NCBI RefSeq assembly: GCF_009914755.1 | Contig: NC_060935.1 | From: the human T2T-CHM13v2.0 reference genome, Homo sapiens | DNA length: 64,000 bases | Strand: one strand, 5' to 3' | Shown here: positions 1 to 18,438 of the stretch, piece after piece | Layout: each line of letters begins with the position of its first letter | Numbering within the stretch: the stretch's first letter is position 1 | Program-made: the position numbers and the translations under genes | Notes under the pieces: generated by a model | Databases searched by the model: none | What the model was told of the DNA's origin: nothing | Seen by the model: the letters and a program-made list of their open reading frames with translations, nothing else

Positions 1-103
1 AAAAAATCTCATGTTTTAAGAAATTTTATGAATTTGTCTTGGGCCACATTCAAAGGTGTCCTGAGCCGCATGCCACTCGCAGGCTGAGTGTTGGACAAGC
101 TTG
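1..103. mobile_element. MER30-like hAT MITE fragment
   Basis: gggccacattcaaag...gccgcatg...ttggacaagcttg resembles the MER30 end. Confidence 0.6.
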
Positions 104-399
104 TTTGAAAGCAAGACAAACCAAGACAAGTGAACAACATATCCAAGAAAGCACTCCATATCAGTTAATCATGCCCTCAGTCTTTTTCACAGGTGCATAA
201 TGCTCCATTGGATATTCCTACCACGTAGACTGCTTGTTAATTTTTGTAATTAAGAAATGCTGCAACCTTGTACATGTGTATTTTCATACTGTGGGAAGTG
301 CATCTTCTGGGTAAATTCTGAGATTTGGGACTGCTGAGTCAAAAGGCATGTATGTGGTCAAATAAACACATCTTATGTTGCCTAATAACACATAATTTC

Positions 400-1370
<971 letters not shown>

Positions 1371-2028
1371 AAGCAACATCGGATGTCTTTTTAACACTTA
1401 TATTCTTATTTCTACTGCTGAATTTTACTTACATGGATAAAGAGCTTTCTCCCAGAAAAAAGAATCATTGTATAAGGTGACAGTAAGTTAAAGACGGCAA
1501 TATTAAACTGTTAGTATATACCGACAATAAACTGACTGCATTTTTAATTAAACTATAAGTTAAAGCTGTTCAGTGCTATGCAACAAATAATCACATGGCC
1601 TTTATAAAACACTAAAAATAAAATATAATTTATAAGACATCAAGGAGCTCAGTCCAATTATTCTCAAGTACAATTTAAGACAATTTATATTTCTTTGCAT
1701 CTTTGAAACACATTTTTCTTTGCAAAAGAAATAAATCTAAGGCCTACCAACTACAAGTTTAAGTTTCAATCTCAAACAGACTCAGCAGCTCTGCCCAAAG
1801 TAATTCAAGATCAAGGCCTTTCAACAAAATTCATGACTATTAACTCCATACTGTCTACACGCAAAGTGAAAATCCTTTACTCATTATCACTTTTCATTAA
1901 GGAAGGCACGGTGGAATTAATATCCTAAAGACCATTTTCCCCAACCAGAAAAAAAGGCGTTCAAGTGGCATCACAAAATCTGTTTCAATTTTAAAGACCA
2001 ACTTTAATTTGAAAAAGAAACTTTTAAA

Positions 2029-2073
<45 letters not shown>

Positions 2074-2080
2074 GAGAGAG
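2029..2080. repeat. (TA)n(GA)n compound microsatellite
   Basis: Seen directly. Confidence 0.95.
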
Positions 2081-2082
2081 AC

Positions 2083-2379
2083 ATTTTTTTTTTTTGAGAT
2101 ATAGTCTTGCTGTGTTGCCCAGGCTGGAGTGCAGTGGCATGATCTCCGCCCACTACAACCCTCCGACTCCCAGGTTCAAGCAGTTCTCCTGCCTCAGCTC
2201 CTGAGTAGTAGCTGGGATTGCAGGCGCCCGCCACCACACCCAGCTAATTTTTGTATTTTTAGTAGAGACAGGGTTTCACCATGTTGGCCACGCTGGTCTC
2301 AAACTCCTGACTTCAAGTGATCCGCCCGCCTCAGCCTCTCAAAGTGCTGGGATTACAGGCATGAGCCACCGTGCCCAGC
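2083..2379 (-). mobile_element. AluS
   Basis: Antisense Alu with leading poly-T. Confidence 0.92.
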
Positions 2380-2560
2380 TAAAATTTTTTTTAATAGCTT
2401 TAAGAAAGTCTCTTCCCACTCTACTCCCCCAATTTAAAGTTATCAATTTATTTTCCTAACTGAATGGAGCAGACTATTTTTATTCAAAGCTTAGGAAAGA
2501 CCATGATATTTCAGCAATCAGATGAATTAAAATCCCATCCCGGTAAGCAGTAGCCTGTTA

Positions 2561-2908
<348 letters not shown>

Positions 2909-3949
2909 CTACAACTTCCTTATCCCAAAACAGGGGTACGCATGCACACAAACACACACACACAGAGACAGACACAAAGAGAAAGAGAATGAACAAAACA
3001 AGAATAAGACGTAAGTTAAGAAACTGCAGGTTAAAATTTCCTTCTTCTCCAAAGGCAGTCATCCTCTATAAGAAAATGTTCTTCCTTGGGTGTACAGAAA
3101 TTTTATCTAGGAATTGCCTGCAGGACCATTTCAACTGTTCCCCAAACAAGAAAACCTTTAGTATGGTACCACTTTGGGGGCAGGTGTCTTATTTCTCAAT
3201 GCTAACAATTCATTTGTACATTAATGTTAAAAAAGTTTAAACACTAAAAATGTCTAGTTTCAAAATAATAGATAAAAGTTAACAGTTTAAGTAGTTTCTA
3301 ATTGCAGGAAAAATCTTCGAGATGTAGCAATGGAACAGCAAATTGGGAATTTAAACTCACAACCTTCACATGTGGATCAATTAACTATTAACACAAATCT
3401 CCTGAAATCTCTTCTCGGATCTCTGCCCCAGGAAAAAGCAATGAAAAAGTACTCAGCAAAAGACAAACTTTTAAAAAGCAATGCTGGGTCCAGACTAACA
3501 GGTCATAGGACTGACTGAAATTCAAGACGTGAGAAATCAGCTAACCCCTACCTACCTCAAAATCTGGCAAATTGTTGAATAAAAAGTTAATATGCTAAAA
3601 AAAATATATAAACCTCCCTGTAAATTTTTAAAACATATATGGCCTTTTCTCAGAGTTACCAGATAAAGCACTAACCCCAAAATTAAATGCTTACCTCATT
3701 ATTTCTTAAAATTAAATCCAAACTGACAAAAAGAAATTTCTCCAACTCAAAACGGAATCCACATTCATCACCTGAATACCACACAGAAGTAAGGAGGGGA
3801 GTATAGGGTTGAGCCAGGAAGGAGAGGGCAATGAAGACTTAAAGTAATAGACCAGATTATGTGTCAAAGAAAAATGAAAAAATTACAAATTTTGTTTTGG
3901 AGGAACACCAAGATACAGAACTAACAGCAGCAAATAAAACCAAGTAACA

Positions 3950-4302
<353 letters not shown>

Positions 4303-5289
4303 TGATTTACCTGCATTATTTTATTTACTCCAAAAACCCTAAGGGTACTATTATTTAATGTTATTCTCCCTTCTCAAATGGTGAAACTTGGGTTTAGAGA
4401 ACCTAAGAAACTTGACTAAACACACAGCTAGTTAAATGAATAAAAAAAAAAAAACACTCCTAGAATTTCAAAAGTGCAGAAATTTGTTCAACCAAACCCA
4501 ACATTTCATGGGGAAGAAAGAGAAGCTCAGTCGAGATAAAGGCAGATTAAGAAACTACTCAAAGTCACCTGGGTAGAGAGACATAGACCCCACACACCCA
4601 GCAGTCTCTCCTAACCACTCTGTACCATCCTGAAGTCATTTCCTACCTAGAGTTTACTTAACATTTAGGTGTTCTACCTACCAACAGAACTTTACACATT
4701 TTTCAAAGAAATATGAGCAACAGAAAGGAGGAGGTAATGTACACACACATATTCATTAAATAACATAATACTTTACATTTTATCATGGCTACTTTATGAT
4801 TTGTTATATTTATTTTTAAAAAGGAAAAGGTATCTCAATTTAATTATCTTAGTTCCCTAATTTTGCAACTCTTCATATGAACAGAAGGTAACAACTAAAT
4901 CTAAGTCAAAGAAAGTTAGGGTAAAAGGCATTGTTTTTAAATTCTCCGTTCCCAATTTTATATTTTTTTCTGCTCAAAATCACATAGTAGAAAATATATA
5001 TACTGAAAATTGTAAAAACAGTCTGGTGTTTCAGGAGTCTTAAAAAAGTAAGTCCAATTTGTGCCATTCTAATCTCCTACCAAGAGAACTGACTTCTGCT
5101 TATTAAAATGATTAGTCTGCTGTGTTCTCTCCCTCCAGTTACTACTGCTAAACAATCATGGTGGAATGAATTTTAACATTCCAGGAGTCAGGCAATGAAT
5201 AGCTACCCTATTAAGTGTAAATATAAAAAAATCGCTTTAGCTCCATAATCTAAAATTAATATAAAAATGTATGCAGCTTTACTACAGAC

Positions 5290-5480
5290 TGTACTAGACA
5301 CTGTTCTAAGCCCTTGACATGTTAACTCATTTAATTTCACAGCTATATGTGGTCCACCATATTTCCCCAGTTTACAGATGGGGAAAACTAAGGTACAGAG
5401 AAGTTAAGTAACCTGCCTAAAATTACACATGCAGCAAGTGGTAGAGCTGAGACTGCATCCAGGTGGTCGGGTTCCTGTCT
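5290..5480 (+). mobile_element. MIR
   Basis: ccccagtttacagatggggaaaactaaggtacagagaagttaagtaacctgcc MIR core; further MIR cores at ~4370-4430 and ~5805-5900. Confidence 0.75.
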
Positions 5481-6058
5481 CTCCAAAAAGGCTCCTTTTT
5501 GCAGAGACCAGATCACAGGTCCCAAATCAACTATCAATCCCACTTCCCCACTTGCCACCTCCTCTCTCCAAACTAGCATATGACTCCCACATATGACATT
5601 TCCATTCTCCCCACCACCAAGCCTACATAATGCTTTCATCAATTTTTTCCACAGACTTCTCTGAGTCTGAATTCCCTTTGCATTTAAACATGTTACAGAA
5701 CTGTAGGCATAAACACTGATAACACCTACCATTACTGAGCACATACAACATGCTGGATACAATGCTACCATCTTTGTCATAAAAGTTATAAAGAATGTGT
5801 AATCAGACCCATTTTACTGGCGAGAAAACTGAGGCTCAGAGAGGCTGAGTATTTTGGCCATGTTCTCACAGCCGATAAATGACAGAGCTTTAAAAGACAC
5901 ACATGCTCAAGTCTGTAAGACTCAAGGTTCATACTCTTTATGTACACATATGTCTTCCTCATACATACCTGCTTCCTTTACTTCTTTAATATCATCTAGA
6001 GCATCCAGGTACTATACTATTCACAGTGGAGGTATTTCTTCAACAAATGATTCTATAA

Positions 6059-6368
<310 letters not shown>

Positions 6369-7562
6369 CAATTACCGCTTTCTTAATGGTTTAATACCAT
6401 TACTTCCCCAAAACAAAAAGGCCCAACACCTTAATTAATTAACATGGGCTCAAATAATTCAGATGGCCCCTTCCTCAAAAAAACGTAAATATTTGTGGTT
6501 CAAATCTTTTAAATAACACTACCAATATTGTAACCCAAGATTATTCTCCCACTCCTAGACTTCTCCTCCACTTATCCCCTCACCCCCACCCTCCCTCAGC
6601 CATCAGACTAGTCCCCAAAGGGTTAGCTATAAATTGTTTTGCTTTGCCATTAGATACGTACAATCTCTCTGCGCCCTAGGGAAATAGCAACCTGACAGCA
6701 TCCCTGATTCTGTAGCCTGCTAAACTTAAACCAATCTCACCCCTTACTCAGTGATTTTTTTAACCCACTAATAAGCATACTGTAAATGCTCATTACATAA
6801 AACATCCTTTCTTCCTGGATTCAAAGGTTTTAGCAGCAGTAATCCAGGGAATATTATAGCAGCAATTATTGCTCATTTACTCAATGTGAAAGGTGACAAT
6901 CACATTTGTTACAGTACTCAATATTTTAATGTCACTATAAACACTAAGTGAAATAAGCTATTCAGGTATCCCAATTAATGACAAATGGGTGAAAAGGAAA
7001 CCAGACAAAAATATTTCACCGTTCATACTCTAGATACTGTGAAAAATATCCTTGTTTCCTGTTATAACAGGGTACCTTCGTTCTCTCCCAGCATATGCCA
7101 CACCTTTTAGGTTGACAAAAGCAGAAAGACATCGGGGCTTTGTGTTTTAAAAATCCCAAAAAAGACTACTCAAACCTCTCCCCAAGAGCAAATTCTAAGA
7201 AGGAAGAATACCACCTCCCTTTTCTTTACCACAAACCCCTGACTTACCGTCTCTAGCAACCAGAGAGGGCTGGGGGTAGGGGAGAGGGTGGTTAGAAAAC
7301 AGAACGCACGACTCGGTCATATCCTAGCCCGGCCCATCCCAAACTTCACCTAGGCACGGCGAGAAGCAGGACGGCATCAGGAATTCCTAGGAAATGGTCT
7401 CACCCCATCAGAGAACATTTTTAACTTCCTAGAAGCCACCATTTCCCCGGGGCATTATCACACACTCCCACCCGGACATATTACCTAAGAGAGTACTTAT
7501 AAAAAGAGCGTAACACACACACAAAGAAATACACAGTACTTGAAGCGGGCAGCTCCGGCTCA

Positions 7563-8567
<1,005 letters not shown>

Positions 8568-9199
8568 TCAGACCCCCACGGACACACCGCTCTAATCCCT
8601 AGCCAGTGAGCGAGTGCGTGAGAGTGTGGGAGTGGGTGTCAGTTGGGAGTGGGACGAAGGCAGAAAGAGTGTGTCACCCTAATTGTCTATGTAAGGGATT
8701 GTGTGGATGAAAAATACAATATGTGACGGCGTGTACGAAAAATAGGGCTGTTGGCATATTAACTCAATTTTATAGGAGAGTACATACCCTGCTTTAAGAG
8801 TACAGATGGTGACCATATTTGTGTGAAAAACAGTATGTGACAGTGATTGAGGATTAGAGCTGTGTCACAGTAATTGAGTGTGTGATGGGCTGGTGGTTGT
8901 GACAGTGTGAAGAATGGGACAGTGGCTGAGCATGGAGAATAAGTCAGTGATTGAGCTTGCATGGGCAAGACGGAATGTGACAGATTTTGTATGTGTCAGT
9001 ACAGTGTCATAGTGGCTATGTTTATGTGTGACAAATGTGCAGTAATTGGATATGAGGAGTGTGAGTGCGAGGGGTTGAACTCCTGGCCTCAAGCAATCCT
9101 CCCGCCTCGGCCTCCCAAAGTGCTGGAATTACAGGTGTGAGTCACTGCACCCGGCCTCATGGGGTTTTTAATAAGAATTAAATGAGCACATAAAACAGT

Positions 9200-9670
9200 G
9201 CTGCTACACAGGAAGCATTTACAGCAATCTTGGAACATGACTGCAAGTTCTTGGACTTCACTTGGTAACTCATTTGGAACCAGTAGAATGCAGCAGAAGA
9301 GATGCTGCCTAATTTCCCAGGCTAGATCAGAAGAGGCCATGCAGCTGTTCTCTTGGTATTCTCACTCCGGGAGGAACAAAGTCAGAAGTTTGACTATCAT
9401 AAGACTGCCATGCTAAAGAGGCTACATGTAGGCATGCCAGTCGAAGTCTGATTGATGGCCAGGAGCAACATGCCATTTAAAAAAAAAAAAAAAGTCCCAC
9501 TGAGCTCCCACCAGATCACCAGCATCACCTGCCAGCCATCTAAGTGAGACATCTTGGACACTCAGCCTAATCGAGCCTTCCAATGACGGCATCCCCTGTT
9601 AGCATCTGAATGCAACTGCGTGAGAGACCCCAAGCAAAAATACCCATCCAGGCCAGCCCATCCTGAATTC
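9200..9670 (+). mobile_element. MLT1 (MaLR, MLT1G/H-like) LTR, 3' end displaced by Alus
   Basis: ggctagatcagaagaggccatgcagct; end motif tgacccacaaaatcatgagcaaaataaa resumes at ~10260. Confidence 0.55.
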
Positions 9671-9671
9671 C

Positions 9672-10818
<1,147 letters not shown>

Positions 10819-10819
10819 T

Positions 10820-11530
10820 ACATCGAAATACTGCTTCACACACACGAGGATGACTAAAATTAAAAAGACAGGTAAGTGTTGACAAAGATGTGAAGAAACT
10901 GGAGCCCTCATACACTGCTGGTAGGTGTGTTAAATGATGCCACTGCTTTGGAAAACTGTATGTGTCAGTTCCTCAAAAGATTAAATGTAGAGTTACCAAC
11001 AACCTGACAATTACACCCCTACTTATCTGTACCTGAGAGAAATGAAGACATATATTCACATGAAAACTTGTTTGTGAATGTTATATATAATAGCCAAAAA
11101 GTGGAAACAACTCAGTTGTCCCTCAGCTGATGAGTGGATAAACAAAAAAATGTCGTATAGCCACGCCATAGAATATTATTTGGCAATAAAAAGGAATGAA
11201 GTCCTGATACATGCTACAGCATGGATAAACCTTGAAAACATTATGCTAAATGAAAGAAGACAGACACAAAAGACCACATATTATATAATTCCATTTATAT
11301 AAAAGGTCCAGAATAGGCAAATCTATAGATACAGGAAGCAGATTTGTGGTTGCAGGATTACAGCAACCAATAGTAGGTATTGAGTTTCTTTTTGAGGAGT
11401 TGAAAATGTTTTGAAATTAGATAGTGGTGTTGATTGCACAACTCTGTAAATATACTAAAAACATTGGATTGTATGCTTTATATGGGTGAATTTTATTGTG
11501 TCTGTATTATGTCTCAGTGAAGCTACAAGG
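10820..11530 (+). mobile_element. L1MB-type 3' fragment (ORF2 C-terminus + 3'UTR)
   Basis: Translation IAKKWKQLSCPSADEWINK..EYYLAIKRNE..WINLENIMLNE is decayed L1 ORF2 C-terminus. Confidence 0.85.
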
Positions 11531-12759
11531 AAAAAAGATTCAATTGCAAGGTTTCATTTGAACTGTGAAGTTCAAGGAAGTGGCTTTATACTTCAGAATG
11601 TTCCCTATATTAACTCTATTCCTTTATTTTTTTTATTTGACTCAAACGTAGTATTCAGCAAATGAGAAGTCCATATGCTCAACCCCGCCCAGACTTTCTA
11701 TGCCAAAATGAGCTCTTTCCCTTAGAAAATACCCCCAAAAGCATACAGCAGAAAGAAACTTCCATGCAAACACAAATCACTGAAGACACAGGAGAATATG
11801 GGAGAGGAAGAACTAGTTGTCACTCAAGCCAATTAAAGGTGAATTTTCAACTTAATCTGAAAAGTTTCCTTTTCAAGTAGCTGACAGATAATAAGTACAT
11901 ACATTTTCATGAAAAAGAATGATCTAGAACCTTGGAAAGAACAATAGAGATCATCCCCCTTACTTTATAGAAAGAAATCCTGTGACAAGGGAGAGAATTT
12001 CTTTCCCAATGTCACCTAGCAAGTTGTTAGCAGGGATTAGGAAACAGGTCTCCTGACTCCCCTGCTCAGAGCACTTTGCTCCATGCCAAGCTGGGTGTTA
12101 TCCAGAACCCCGGAGAGCCTCACATCGCAGAAGCAGTGTGATGCTGCCAGTCAAGAGAGCTGTTGACTGCATCATTTTGACTTAAATCAAGCTTTTGTTT
12201 GGCTAAAGTGTTGTCAAGAGATTTCAACAGGCAGATTCAGAGCCAGATCTAGCCAGCGCATATGTTTTGGCCTACAATTCAAATTTTTTGTGTAAATTTT
12301 GAATTGGTTGCCGATATTTAAAAATAGGGTATGTCACAAATAAATCAGTATTTCTAACTCTTCTTGGAAAAATTAAGTGGAATATCTAGCAACACTGGAC
12401 TGGCGTTATCTGGCAACAACTAGCTAAAGCTAAATACTGACTGCGTTTTAGAAAACTTAAGATCCTCCTGTTCATCAGGGTCACCAGCACTCTTCTATCA
12501 CACACCACCCATTTGTTACCTGCCTGGCTTTAGTGGGCTTTAAGAGCTTGCAAATCCTACTATGACAATGTTCTCCACGAAGGATGTGCTTCCAAATCCC
12601 CTGTAGTGTATTTTATTTATTTATTTTTTTCCTATTCAAACATAAAAGGCAGCCTGTAGTGTCTTTTAAAATGAAGAAACTGGGCTCCTCCCCAGACCTG
12701 CTAAATGAGAACCTCTGAGGACACGGACTTAGAATCTGAATTTGTATATTAAATATCTA

Positions 12760-13414
<655 letters not shown>

Positions 13415-13670
13415 TCATCCCTGTCCACTCTTTATTTCAGGACAAACAATGACCATCTCATCTGGACTGTTGGTTATTCATAATCTTTACAAACCAATAT
13501 TGACCAAACAGCATCCCTGGCCCATCCCAGAGACAGGATCTGAGGGTAGAGTGGAGAGGGAGATGCTAGAATCAAGATTCCTCTAACCTCATCTGTAGCT
13601 ACAACAGACAGAGCCAAGACCTGTTGGCCAAAGAAGGCCAAGCCCCCAGATCAGAGCCTGCAATACTTAC

Positions 13671-13829
13671 CATGGGTGATGGAGGAGCATCATCCACTTA
13701 TTTCCTTAATGGGCCATTGCTTTTAATGTGAATGAATGGCTGGCAGAGAATGAAACCGCCCAGCAGGAGCTGCATGCATCTGAGATGAGACATAAGCACA
13801 AATCTATTCCTTGTTTAAAGATCACATTG
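13671..13829 (-). other. RRAS2: Probable alternative upstream RRAS2 exon contributing only an ATG (13673-13671) before the donor; 5' boundary uncertain
   Basis: CCCATG|GTAAGT perfect donor in phase 0, the same phase as exon 1. Consistent with my recollection of a shorter annotated RRAS2 isoform with an upstream first exon (not verifiable here). Candidate acceptor TTTCAATTTCTATTCTTAG at 13830. Confidence 0.6.
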
Positions 13830-14160
13830 CTAAGAATAGAAATTGAAACACACGCTCAAGCGTGTGCACACACACACAGCCCTGAGGAAGGCCGTAATGG
13901 TGCTGGAGAAATCCGCAGCTTAGTAGAGGATGATCTGAGAATCATTGAGCCTTAGAACAGAAAAGCCATCTTGAGTTCATTCCCTCTAAAGCTCTCCTTT
14001 CACAGATGGGGAAACAAAGGCCCACAGAGAGAAGAGCAATCCCCAGCATCACCTGGAAATAGAGCAGAAGCATGACTGGAACTCGGATTTCTGTCTCCCA
14101 CCTTGAGATCCATCTCAATGTAGCACACTGTCTTAGGAACCCAAGAGCCCAGAAGGCTGA

Positions 14161-14535
<375 letters not shown>

Positions 14536-14679
14536 TTACCATAGAATTTTTTAAATAATGAAAAATTGAAAAATCCCTAAATATTCAACAACGGGGACTT
14601 GGTTAAATCAATGATGCAATGGCCACTATGTGGCCATTAAAAATAATTTTTACTTATATGGGAAAATGAGAAGGATAAG

Positions 14680-15480
14680 TGCTATGGTCTAATCCCCCCT
14701 ACCAAAATTCATATGTTAAAACTCAATACTAAATGTAATAACATTAAAAGGTGGGGCCTTTAGGAGGTTATTAGGGCTCTGCCCCCATGAATGGGATTAG
14801 TGCCTCTATTACTCAAGCTTCTCTAGAGGGACAGAATTAATGAAATAGATATATAGATATTTATTAATCTATAATTAATGAAATAGAAATACATAAAGGA
14901 GAGTTTATTAACTATTAACTCACACGATCACAAGGTCCCACAATAGGCCACCTGCAGGCTGAGGAGCAAGGAGAGCCAGTCCGAGTTCCAAAATTGAAGA
15001 ACTTGGGAGTCCAATGTTCAAGGGCAGGAACCATCCAGCAAGAGAGAAAGATGTAGGCTGGGAGGCTAGGCCAGTCTTTCTTTTCACATTTTTCTGCCTG
15101 CTTATATTCTAGCCTCCCTGGCAGCTGATTCGATTGTGCCCATCTAGTTTAAGGGTGGGTGTGCCTTTCCCAGCCCACTGACTCAGAATGTTAATCTCCT
15201 TTGGCAACACCCTCACAGACACACCCAGGATCAATACTTTGTATCCTTCAATCCAATCAAGCTGACAGTCAGTATTAACCATCACAATGCCCTTATAAAA
15301 GAGGCTTGAGGAAGACTGTTTGCCTCTTCTGCCACATGGGGACCCATAAAAGGCACCATCTGTAAAGCAGAGAGCCCTCACCAGACGTGAAATCTGCTAG
15401 CATTTTGATCTGGACTTCCCAGCCTCCAGAACTGTGAGAAATACATTTATGTTGCTTATCCATTACTCAGTCTAAGACAT
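14680..15480 (+). mobile_element. MST/MLT1A-type MaLR LTR split by an MLT2A insertion
   Basis: tgctatggtctaat...atgaatgggattagtgcc | cttataaaagag...ggacttcccagcctccagaactgtgagaaata. Confidence 0.75.
14805..15286 (-). mobile_element. MLT2A (HERV-L) solo LTR, same orientation as RRAS2
   Basis: Minus strand starts TGTGATGGTTAATACTGACTGTCAGCTTGATTGGATTGAAGGATAC; imperfect 5-bp TSD gtgcc/atgcc. Confidence 0.88.
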
Positions 15481-15509
15481 ATTTATTTTTATCCACTGGC
15501 CAGTTACTA

Positions 15510-15944
<435 letters not shown>

Positions 15945-15973
15945 TTACCATTCAAAACATTATCCAGTTTAAA

Positions 15974-16356
<383 letters not shown>

Positions 16357-16559
16357 CTATAGCTACTAAATGACAGAGTGCATTTCCTTGAACCCAAAGT
16401 GCACTTCCTTGAACCCAGGAAGTCCAAGCTTGTACTTAGTCACTATGCATAGATTTTTTTTAAAAAGATGAAGACTGGCAGGATACTCAGTTATCCTAGA
16501 GAGTGAAATCACAGATGAGTTTTATTTTCTACCTTTTGTATTCTCTATCTTTTTTTAAA

Positions 16560-17405
16560 GTAATTCCCCATTCTCTTCCACCTCCAGCCCCTGGAAAGCT
16601 CTAATTTACTTTCTCTCTATGAGTTTTCCTATTCTAGACATTACATATAACTAGAATCATACAATATTTGTCTTTTGGTGTCTGGTTTATTTTGTTTAGC
16701 ATAGTGTTTCAAAGTTTATCCATGTTGTAGCACATATTCATACTTCATTCCTTGTTATGGCTGGATAATATTCCTTTGTATGGATATAACACTATTTATT
16801 CATTCACCTATTGAAGAACATTTGGGTTGTTTCTACTTTTTGGCTCTTAAGAATAAATGCCGCTATGAACATTTGTGTACAAGTACCTGTTTGAATTCTT
16901 GTTGTCAAGGATATGCCTAATCATGGAATTGCTAAATCATATGGTAATTCTACGTTTAATTTTTTGAGGAACTGACACACTGTTTTCCACAGCAGCTGCA
17001 TCATTTTACATTCCCACTAGCAACGTATGAAGGTTTTAATTTCTTCACATCCTTGTCAACACTTGTTATTTTTCATTTTTTTATTATAGCCATCCTAGTA
17101 GGTTTGAAATGATATATCACTGTAGTTTTGGCTTGCAGTTCCCTAATGACTAATGATGTGGAACATCTTTTCACAGGTTTATTTGCCATTTGCATGTCTT
17201 CTTTGGAAAAATGTCTATTCAAGTCCTTTGCCTAGTTTTTAATCAGATTGTCTTTTTGTTGTTGAGTTGTAGGAGTTATTTATATATTCTAGATATTAAA
17301 CCTTTATCAGATATGTGATTTGCAAACATATTCTCCCATCCTATGGCTTGTCTTTTTACTCTCTTGATAATGTTCTTGGATGTGCATCTTTTTAATTTTA
17401 ATGAA
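16560..17405 (-). mobile_element. L1MB-type fragment
   Basis: Antisense L1 3' ORF2/UTR motifs (atggtaattct..tttaattttttgaggaact..cacactgttttccac). Confidence 0.85.
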
Positions 17406-17419
17406 ATGCAATCTCATCT

Positions 17420-17724
17420 CTCTTTCTCTCTCTGTCTCTTTCTTTCTCTTTTTAACAGAGTCTCACTCTGTTGCCCAGGCTGGAGTGTAGTGGCGTAATC
17501 ATGGCTCACTGCATTGAACTCCTGGGTTTAAGCCATCCTCCCACCCCAGCCTCCCAAATAGCTGGAACTGCAGGCATGTGACACCATATCTGGCTAATTT
17601 TTAAATTTTTTTGTAGAGACGATGTCTTGCTATGTTGCCCAGGCTGCTCAAACTCCTCAAGTGATCCTCCCGCCTTGGCCCACTAAAGTACTGGGATTAT
17701 AGTCATGAGCCACCATGCCTGGCC
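17420..17724 (-). mobile_element. AluJ
   Basis: Diverged antisense Alu. Confidence 0.85.
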
Positions 17725-18140
17725 CACTATTTCTTTTTAATGCGAAAAATATAAAATTTTATTTGCAAATATTTGTTAATGATATGGACAAAGTGGGAGC
17801 CAGATTATACACATATGATCTATTTATGTAAAAAGGTATGGGAGTTAAATCATCGAGGAGAATTAACTATTCTAGGAAAACTGAGAATGAGTGTTAATAT
17901 ACAAAAAAACATTTATGTAGCCTTCTGTCACTCAGGGGAATTGTGATGGCGACTTTTTCTCTTTCTTCTCTACAGCAGCTTTCCAAAGAGAGGCATACCT
18001 ACTGCTCTGAGGGGACTAAGCCCTGAAAATCGAGCTCTCTGTAGCACCCAGGCCCAATTTTTGGAGCTCCAAACAGGTCTTTCTTTAATCCACACTTCTC
18101 ACCAGGACCATGACAATTGTTGTTTTAAAGATTCATGAAG

Positions 18141-18438
18141 GGCGGGGCGCAGTGGCTCACGCCTGTAATCCCAGCAATTTGGGAGGCCGAGGCGGTTGGA
18201 TCACTTGAGGTCAGGAGTTCGAGACCAGCCTAGCCAACATAGTGAAACCCCGTCTTTACTAAAACTACAACAATTAGCTGGGCGTGGTGGCGGGCGCCTG
18301 TAATCCCAGCTACTCAGGAGGCTAAGGCAGGAGAATCGCTTGAACCTGGGAGGCAGAAGTTGCAGTGAGCCAAGATTGCGCCACTACGTTGCAGCCTGGG
18401 CAACAGAGGGAGACGCGGTCTCAAAAAAAAAAAAAAAA
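18141..18438 (+). mobile_element. AluS
   Basis: TSD aaagattcatgaag. Confidence 0.93.

Noticed and set aside
11078-11302. ORF resembling a retroelement protein (also 40051-40284)
   Set aside because: Decayed fragments of old L1 ORF2; non-functional
16377-16417. 21-bp tandem duplication (similar ~24-bp one at 42138-42185)
   Set aside because: Ordinary slippage duplications with no sign of function
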